From IMG/VR virus record IMGVR_UViG_3300027804_000177, positions 1 to 28,672 of that record: DNA of 28,672 nucleotides, one strand, 5' to 3'. Origin of the DNA: a virus. Its lineage: Duplodnaviria > Caudoviricetes. Numbering within the stretch: position 1 is the first letter of the stretch; each line of letters starts with the position of its first letter. Both the position numbers and the translations under genes were made by a program. The notes beneath the pieces are model-generated. The model searched no databases and was not told the DNA's origin. It worked only from the letters and a program-made list of their open reading frames with translations. Of the stretch, positions 24,030-28,672 are shown piece by piece.

Positions 24030-24823
24030 TAGGCGAAGGTGATGGGGGCGGCGGTGGTCGTGGTCTTCACGTCGATGACCTGGATGTCGTCCGGGTAGGC
24101 GGGCCAGATGCCGGACTCGGTGCAGCCCTTATAGGTCGTCAGCGCCTTCTCAAAGTCGGCGATCGCCCAGGACATCAGCTCAGGGCCGACCTCACAGACG
24201 GCGCAAGCGAAGGGAGGCTCCTTCTCGATGAAGAGGAAACGGAAGCCAAGGGGGCGTTTGCCCGTCGCGAGCTCGTAGACGAGGCGGTACCAATACGCCT
24301 GAAGGTTGTAGCGGTAGTTGCGGATGGCCTTGAGCATCCCAGCGGGGGAGGCGTCGTCGGTGGTCTTGATGTCCCAGAGGTAGTCGCCGGCCACGCCGTC
24401 GATGGCGGCCTTCAGCGGGACGCCGCAGTAGTCGACATGGAACATCACTTCGGTAGCGTCGAAGACGACGCCGTGGGTCTTCAGCGCGTGCTCGGCCGAA
24501 GTGGCGACATGGAAGCCAAGTTTTGCCTCCTCAGCGTCGAGGATGGTCTTGCCGGCGTTTGCCGTGGCGAAGGCCGCCCAGGTCTCCTTGCCTTCCTTGG
24601 TTCGGCGATCCACCTCAGGGGCGGTCGCGTAGAGGTCGTTCAGGGTGTCGGGCTCGAGCACGGCGGCGTGGACGAACGTGCCGAACTTGAGAGCCTTCGT
24701 CTCTTCCTGGGGCGTGTTGATGTAGGCCTGATAATGCGCCGGCGAGGTCAGGATGTGCTTGGCGGCGGACTGGTTCAGCGCCGGGAAGGCGCGGTATTCT
24801 TTGCGGTCGTGGATTTGTGGCAT
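24029..24823 (-). CDS. RecE/exonuclease VIII-like PD-(D/E)xK nuclease (DUF3799-like, 264 aa)
   Basis: ALNQSAAK, FGTFVHAAVLEP, LKAAID, WDIKTT, YNLQAYWY and FLFIEKEPP motifs. Confidence 0.88.
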   Translation of the reverse strand: MPQIHDRKEYRAFPALNQSAAKHILTSPAHYQAYINTPQEETKALKFGTFVHAAVLEPDTLNDLYATAPEVDRRTKEGKETWAAFATANAGKTILDAEEAKLGFHVATSAEHALKTHGVVFDATEVMFHVDYCGVPLKAAIDGVAGDYLWDIKTTDDASPAGMLKAIRNYRYNLQAYWYRLVYELATGKRPLGFRFLFIEKEPPFACAVCEVGPELMSWAIADFEKALTTYKGCTESGIWPAYPDDIQVIDVKTTTTAAPITFA

Positions 24824-24835
24824 GGTGGGAAAAGT

Positions 24836-25192
24836 TTAGAGGGCTTCGTCTTCGTCGTTCGGGTTGTGCTCTTCGACGTGGGCGGAAAGGAGGTTGCAGA
24901 GGTCGATGGCGTTGTCGGCGGCGAGGGCCACGCGGTCGAGCTGATTGCGGAGGACGCGCTCATGGGCGATGACTGCCTTGATGCGGTCATAGATCGGCTT
25001 GATGTGATAGGCCTCCTCGATGTTCTCGACGTCAAGGCGCTCGAGTTCGGTGGCGGCCTCGTTGATGGCGATCTGGAGTTGCATCAGATCAGACCCGGCG
25101 AGGGTCACGGACTCTTCAGGGGTCGGGCGGAGGGCGGCGACTTCGCCGGCTAACTGATTGAGGATGTTCCTCAGGTATTCGCGGTTGGTCAT
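24836..25192 (-). CDS. Hypothetical helical acidic protein (118 aa)
   Basis: Coupled to the upstream gene (ATGA); typical codon bias. Confidence 0.7.
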   Translation of the reverse strand: MTNREYLRNILNQLAGEVAALRPTPEESVTLAGSDLMQLQIAINEAATELERLDVENIEEAYHIKPIYDRIKAVIAHERVLRNQLDRVALAADNAIDLCNLLSAHVEEHNPNDEDEAL

Positions 25193-25428
25193 TTGGTAAA
25201 GGTAAGTTCTTTAAGCTCCCCGTTAGGTGCGAGCGTAAAGAATCGGACGACGGAGCGGGAGAAGGAGGGGTAGGTCTTGCGCTTCCACGCGTTCAGGTCG
25301 GTCAGGAAGTCGGCGTGTTTCCGGGCGGTGAACTCGACGTAGGGGAAGCCGTCCAGGAAGAGCAGCAGGGCGTACTGCTTCGGGACGGTGGCCGCGATCT
25401 TCTCGATGCCCTTGGGGATGTCAGCCAT
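25189..25428 (-). CDS. Hypothetical protein (79 aa, start MADIPKG)
   Basis: ATG at 25428 overlaps the end of the upstream ORF; the longer track ORF has a non-coding-like N-terminus. Confidence 0.7.
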   Translation of the reverse strand: MADIPKGIEKIAATVPKQYALLLFLDGFPYVEFTARKHADFLTDLNAWKRKTYPSFSRSVVRFFTLAPNGELKELTFTK

Positions 25429-25660
25429 GGTTCCGGGCTTCCTGCCATTCCTCGATGGCGTCGATGAGCTCGTCGGCGTGGATGCGCTGCGCGTGGCGGA
25501 CGCAGTACCAGAGAGCGTCACCGGCCTCGCGCATGCCTTCGAGGCGTTCTTCGAGCTGACGGATGCGGGCGTCCTTGGCGGCGAGGAGGTTCTGGCCGTG
25601 CATGGCGCCCATCGCGGCGGAGATGGGGTCGAAGGGATTTAAGTCCTTAGGGTCGCTCAT
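25421..25660 (-). CDS. Hypothetical coiled-coil protein (79 aa)
   Basis: Coupled to ERF (ATGA); KDARIRQLEERLEGMREAGDAL. Confidence 0.7.
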   Translation of the reverse strand: MSDPKDLNPFDPISAAMGAMHGQNLLAAKDARIRQLEERLEGMREAGDALWYCVRHAQRIHADELIDAIEEWQEARNHG

Positions 25661-26121
25661 CTGGTGAGGGGGCGGGGGGTGGAGGCACCGCCTAGGATGG
25701 ACTGCGAAATGGCCGCAGAACGGAAGCCAGAGGCCGCCACGGCCCCATCGTCGTCTAGGTCAACGGAGATTCCGCAAGCGGTCTGGATGGACTGCCGGCG
25801 GATGTAGGTGATCGCGCCGCCAATCTTCTGGGCGTCGAGGCCCTCGGACTTGACCATCAGTCGGCCGAAGTCGAAGCGCTCGCCGGACGTGTGCAGGAAG
25901 GCGGTGGACACGCCGACCTTGCCCTCTTCGGAGACGAGCGTCTGGATCAGAGCCAGGTTGTGGTCGAGGAGGACGGGCTTGATGGCGTCGAGCAGCGCGT
26001 CGAGAGAGACGTAGCGGTTCTTGAAGCCGGGGTTTACTTTGTTTGCTTTGACGTTGTCGAGCTGCGCGAGGGCGGCGACGAGGTCAGCGGTGGCGGACTG
26101 GGTTTTGGGCGTGGTGCTCAT
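25657..26121 (-). CDS. erf: ERF-family ssDNA annealing protein (154 aa)
   Basis: NPGFKNRYVSLDALL, HTSGE and AQKIGGAITYIRRQSIQTACGISVDLDDDG match the ERF signature. Confidence 0.9.
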   Translation of the reverse strand: MSTTPKTQSATADLVAALAQLDNVKANKVNPGFKNRYVSLDALLDAIKPVLLDHNLALIQTLVSEEGKVGVSTAFLHTSGERFDFGRLMVKSEGLDAQKIGGAITYIRRQSIQTACGISVDLDDDGAVAASGFRSAAISQSILGGASTPRPLTR

Positions 26122-26131
26122 GTGGGAAGAG

Positions 26132-26347
26132 TTACTTGTTGCCGACGGTGGCGGGGTCGGCGCCGGCGATGATGGCCTTGATGGCCTCGAGCGTAAACTG
26201 ACGCGTGCGGCCGCCGATGCGGAGGTTGTAGTTGTCGCCGGAGGGGCGGACGGTGGGCGTCAGGAGACGGGCTACGCGGTTGTCGGGGAGCAGGATGTAC
26301 TGCGTGCCAGGGATCTCGGCGTTTGGGGAGAGGGTGTTTTTCTTCAT
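26132..26347 (-). CDS. Hypothetical protein (71 aa)
   Basis: Fills the gap; ctttccaacctATG leader. Confidence 0.65.
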   Translation of the reverse strand: MKKNTLSPNAEIPGTQYILLPDNRVARLLTPTVRPSGDNYNLRIGGRTRQFTLEAIKAIIAGADPATVGNK

Positions 26348-26394
26348 AGGTTGGAAAGGTTACAAAAGGGAGGGTTTGCCTGAGTTATGTTAAC

Positions 26395-26859
26395 TCAGTT
26401 AATGACGCCGCGGATGGCGGAGTCGTAGATGAGCAGCGCGTCGGCCGTCCAGTCATAGACGTCGGTCTGGGGGAAGAGCTCTTTCGCCCTGGCCTTCAAA
26501 TGTCGCTTCCAGCCGGAGCCGTGGTCGGCCTTCTTGCCGACGGGATGGGTCTTCTGCCATGCCTTCGGATCGATGCGGCGGACTTGCCAGCCCATGGCGA
26601 TTGATGCGCCGTAGATCAGGCCGACGTTGAATTGCAGTTTGGCGATGGAGGCGCCGGGAATCTTGGGGCCGTAGCCGGCGACGGAGGGAGTCTCGAGGAA
26701 CAGGGCGACGCTCTTCGTCTTGCAGGAGAGCTCGGCCATCAGCTCGCAGATCTCGACATCGGAGCCAGGCATCTTCCGCGTCTCGATGCCGATGCCGTCG
26801 ACCGACCAGACGAAGGCGCCGTTCGCGCCAGGATCCACGGCTATGACCATGTGAGACAT
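26395..26859 (-). CDS. RuvC-like Holliday junction resolvase (about 154 aa)
   Basis: VIAVDPG, FLE, PKAWQK and ADALLI motifs; start could be 26874, 26859 or 26850. Confidence 0.85.
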   Translation of the reverse strand: MSHMVIAVDPGANGAFVWSVDGIGIETRKMPGSDVEICELMAELSCKTKSVALFLETPSVAGYGPKIPGASIAKLQFNVGLIYGASIAMGWQVRRIDPKAWQKTHPVGKKADHGSGWKRHLKARAKELFPQTDVYDWTADALLIYDSAIRGVIN

Positions 26860-26870
26860 GGTCGAAACTT

Positions 26871-27323
26871 TCAACGGCTCAAAACCTTTTGCGAGCGGAA
26901 TAAATTAGCCACGCGGAAGGCGTAGTCGTTCGCCCGAAAGTCTCGGCTGCGGGCCTCCGACCAACCGACGTTCCAGACGAGCGCCATCTGTTCGGGGGTC
27001 GGGTCGGTCATGCCGATGCGGTGGAAGTTCGACCTGATCCAGCGGAGATGCGAGGCGGCCACCATGTCCTGCGCCGTAGCGTCGCGCCACTTAGACCAGG
27101 GGAAGGCGTAGTGGCCCTCGGCCTTGAGGCGGGCGGAGGCGTCGTCCCATGCGGCCTTGCCGACCTGATACATCCCACGCTCACCGGCCTTGCCGATGGC
27201 CTTGCGGTTGTGCCCAGACTCGACCGCGGCGACGGCCTCGAGGAAGGCGGCGTCGGTCTTGGCTTGGGCGTTGAGGCCGAGGAGCAGCAGGGCGACGACG
27301 GAGAAGCGCTGGTTTAGGGTCAT
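26871..27323 (-). CDS. Lytic transglycosylase / lysozyme-like protein with signal peptide (150 aa)
   Basis: MTLNQRFSVVALLLLGLNAQA signal ending in AxA; catalytic AAVES; AIGKAGERGMYQV; WNVG; DYAFRV. Confidence 0.8.
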   Translation of the reverse strand: MTLNQRFSVVALLLLGLNAQAKTDAAFLEAVAAVESGHNRKAIGKAGERGMYQVGKAAWDDASARLKAEGHYAFPWSKWRDATAQDMVAASHLRWIRSNFHRIGMTDPTPEQMALVWNVGWSEARSRDFRANDYAFRVANLFRSQKVLSR

Positions 27324-27577
27324 GGCTGCTTGCCCTCCTTGGCGGCGGCCCAATCTGCCTCTAGCTTCTTGCGGCGTTCGTAAGGCACTTCCCAATCGAC
27401 CATGTCCGCCATCGCATCCCCGGCCTTGGTCAGCCGCTCGACCTCGGCCTTGAGGCGTTCGATTTCCTTAAGGTGTTCGGAGTTCTTTTCGAGGAAGGCT
27501 TTGGTCTGGATGTAAAAAGCCTCCTGCCAAGTCCGTCCCTTGATGTCCTTGATTTGTCCTACGATGTCTTCGCTCAT
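27320..27577 (-). CDS. Hypothetical coiled-coil protein (85 aa)
   Basis: EIERLKAEVERLTKAGDAMA; coupled at both ends. Confidence 0.65.
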   Translation of the reverse strand: MSEDIVGQIKDIKGRTWQEAFYIQTKAFLEKNSEHLKEIERLKAEVERLTKAGDAMADMVDWEVPYERRKKLEADWAAAKEGKQP

Positions 27578-27858
27578 ACGCGTCTCGGGACTTGTGATCC
27601 GGCGACCTCGAAGCCGTCGAGCTCGTAGGAGTAGGTGATGCCGACCCAGCCGCCGGCGGCGGCGTAAGCCTGGAGGGAGACCTTGACGGCGCCGTCCTCG
27701 TGCAGGGCCTCGTGGTAGTGGTGCAGGAGTTTCTTCATGCGAGTCGAGGCGATGGCCGACTTGGCGGAGCAGATGTCCCCGGTCATGATGCGCTCGTTGA
27801 TTTCATATATCTCGGACAGCAGGGCGACCATGCCGTCGAGGTGGCGGAAACTACTCAT
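27574..27858 (-). CDS. Hypothetical protein (94 aa)
   Basis: Overlaps both neighbours at start/stop; typical codon bias. Confidence 0.7.
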   Translation of the reverse strand: MSSFRHLDGMVALLSEIYEINERIMTGDICSAKSAIASTRMKKLLHHYHEALHEDGAVKVSLQAYAAAGGWVGITYSYELDGFEVAGSQVPRRV

Positions 27859-28135
27859 GGGGGTGAGCGTCGGGGGTGATGGCGCCGCGGGTGATGGCGT
27901 CGTTCAGGTCGCTGACGCGCTGACGGAGGAAGTGAATCTCCTCGGACTGGTCGGAGATTATATGCGTCTGCATGGTCACGGCTTGGTCGAGGCGGTCGGA
28001 GAAGGCCTTGAGGGCCACGGCGTTCTTGTGCAGCTGACGGGCGATGCTCCATGGGAAGAGCCACCAGAGGCGGGGGAGGGAGTCGGGTTTGATGATGGTC
28101 ATGGGTTGGTAGGGGCGGTGGGATGGGTCAGGCAT
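27851..28135 (-). CDS. Hypothetical coiled-coil protein (94 aa)
   Basis: cccacctccacccATG leader; overlaps the stop of the upstream gene. Confidence 0.65.
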   Translation of the reverse strand: MPDPSHRPYQPMTIIKPDSLPRLWWLFPWSIARQLHKNAVALKAFSDRLDQAVTMQTHIISDQSEEIHFLRQRVSDLNDAITRGAITPDAHPHE

Positions 28136-28517
28136 GGGTGGAGGTGGGTCGGGAGAAGCGGCGGGCCTTGCAGCGGAGATAGTAAGCGCGCTTCATGGCC
28201 TTGACCTTTTCAGGATGGCGAAGCCTCCAGCGTTTGACGTTTGCCCGGTGACGCTCGGGGTTGCTGTATTTGGGCTTGCTGACCTTGCCGAGCCAAGTCG
28301 TCTGGGTCAGTTTAATCCACGTCGCAAAGGTCTGCCCGGTCACGCCCACGACCTTGGCGGCAGCCTCCTTGCTCATGCGGGCCGCGTTGAGCGCCGCGAT
28401 CTGCGGGAGGAGAGCCTCCAGACGGCGGGCGTTGAAAAGGGCGATGGGCTTCAGCAGCGGGATGTCGCGACCAAGGAAGGTCACCGAGGAGACGAACTGA
28501 AAGTTAGCGTCAGGCAT
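28128..28517 (-). CDS. HTH paralogue C with basic C-terminal extension (129 aa, start MPDANF)
   Basis: NARRLEALLPQIAALNAARMSKEAAAKVVGVTGQTFATWI aligns with paralogue A. Confidence 0.75.
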   Translation of the reverse strand: MPDANFQFVSSVTFLGRDIPLLKPIALFNARRLEALLPQIAALNAARMSKEAAAKVVGVTGQTFATWIKLTQTTWLGKVSKPKYSNPERHRANVKRWRLRHPEKVKAMKRAYYLRCKARRFSRPTSTHA

Positions 28518-28542
28518 GGTCTTATTTCGTGCGCTTGGCGTA
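28478..28542. repeat. 65-bp direct repeat, copy 2 (identical to 1-65)
   Basis: Exact match by direct comparison; the sequences diverge at 66 versus 28543. Confidence 0.95.
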
Positions 28543-28671
28543 CGGACCGCGCTTGTTGAGGTTGACCCACTGCGTCCCGGTGATGTCGAGCCACTGGCGG
28601 AGGGTGCAGACGGTCGTGTCCAGGGCGGCTGCTGCATCGGCCTGCGTCTTGCCGGCGGCGTTGAGCGCGGC
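28522..28671 (-). CDS. HTH paralogue B, 3' part (5' end beyond the contig end)
   Basis: Hand translation gives AALNAAGKTQADAAAALDTTVCTLRQWLDITGTQWVNLNKRGPYAKRTK*, homologous to but different from paralogue A. Confidence 0.8.
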   Translation of the reverse strand, partial: AALNAAGKTQADAAAALDTTVCTLRQWLDITGTQWVNLNKRGPYAKRTK

Positions 28672-28672
28672 G

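Noticed and set aside
643-25696. Frequent CCTAGG palindromes (about 15 counted by eye)
   Set aside because: A rough base-composition expectation is about 10, so enrichment is weak. It only shows that CTAG is not avoided.
28478-28672. Simple terminal redundancy or circular overlap
   Set aside because: The match to the start is only 65 bp and is followed by 130 bp of a different paralogue, so it is not a clean end-to-end overlap.
1-28672. CRISPR array, tRNA genes, integrase/att site, stop-codon reassignment
   Set aside because: No regular repeat-spacer pattern, cloverleaf or recombinase motifs were seen, and genes tile fully under the standard code using TAA, TAG and TGA stops.

Overview
This looks like an essentially complete genome (about 28.5-28.8 kb) of a GC-rich tailed phage (Caudoviricetes). 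Every credible gene is on the minus strand. The contig ends share a 65-bp identical block (1-65 = 28478-28542) inside a cluster of paralogous HTH genes, so the molecule is probably circular or permuted and the assembly broke in that repeat. Transcription order: early control region (~1370-1530); small early genes and three HTH paralogues across the contig junction; signal-peptide lytic transglycosylase, RuvC-like resolvase, ERF, RecE-like exonuclease, SSB-like protein, dNMP kinase, AP2-like protein, metallophosphoesterase, DnaB-N/RepA-type helicase; HTH regulator; TerS, GpA-type TerL, gpW-like protein, lambda-type portal, S49 protease, HAD-scaffold fusion, capsid; neck and tail genes with a very short tape measure; collagen-containing fibre; and a lysis block (u-spanin-like lipoprotein, HExxH peptidase, holin). 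I recognised no integrase, DNA polymerase, tRNA or CRISPR array. The main unexplained signals are a six-copy TTGCCAAT-N(1-2)-CCGCAG motif just upstream of structural genes, a perfect sigma54-type -24/-12 site ahead of the candidate late regulator, a HAD phosphatase fused to the scaffold, and the HTH paralogue array. All protein calls come from motifs and gene order read by eye; no database search was run.
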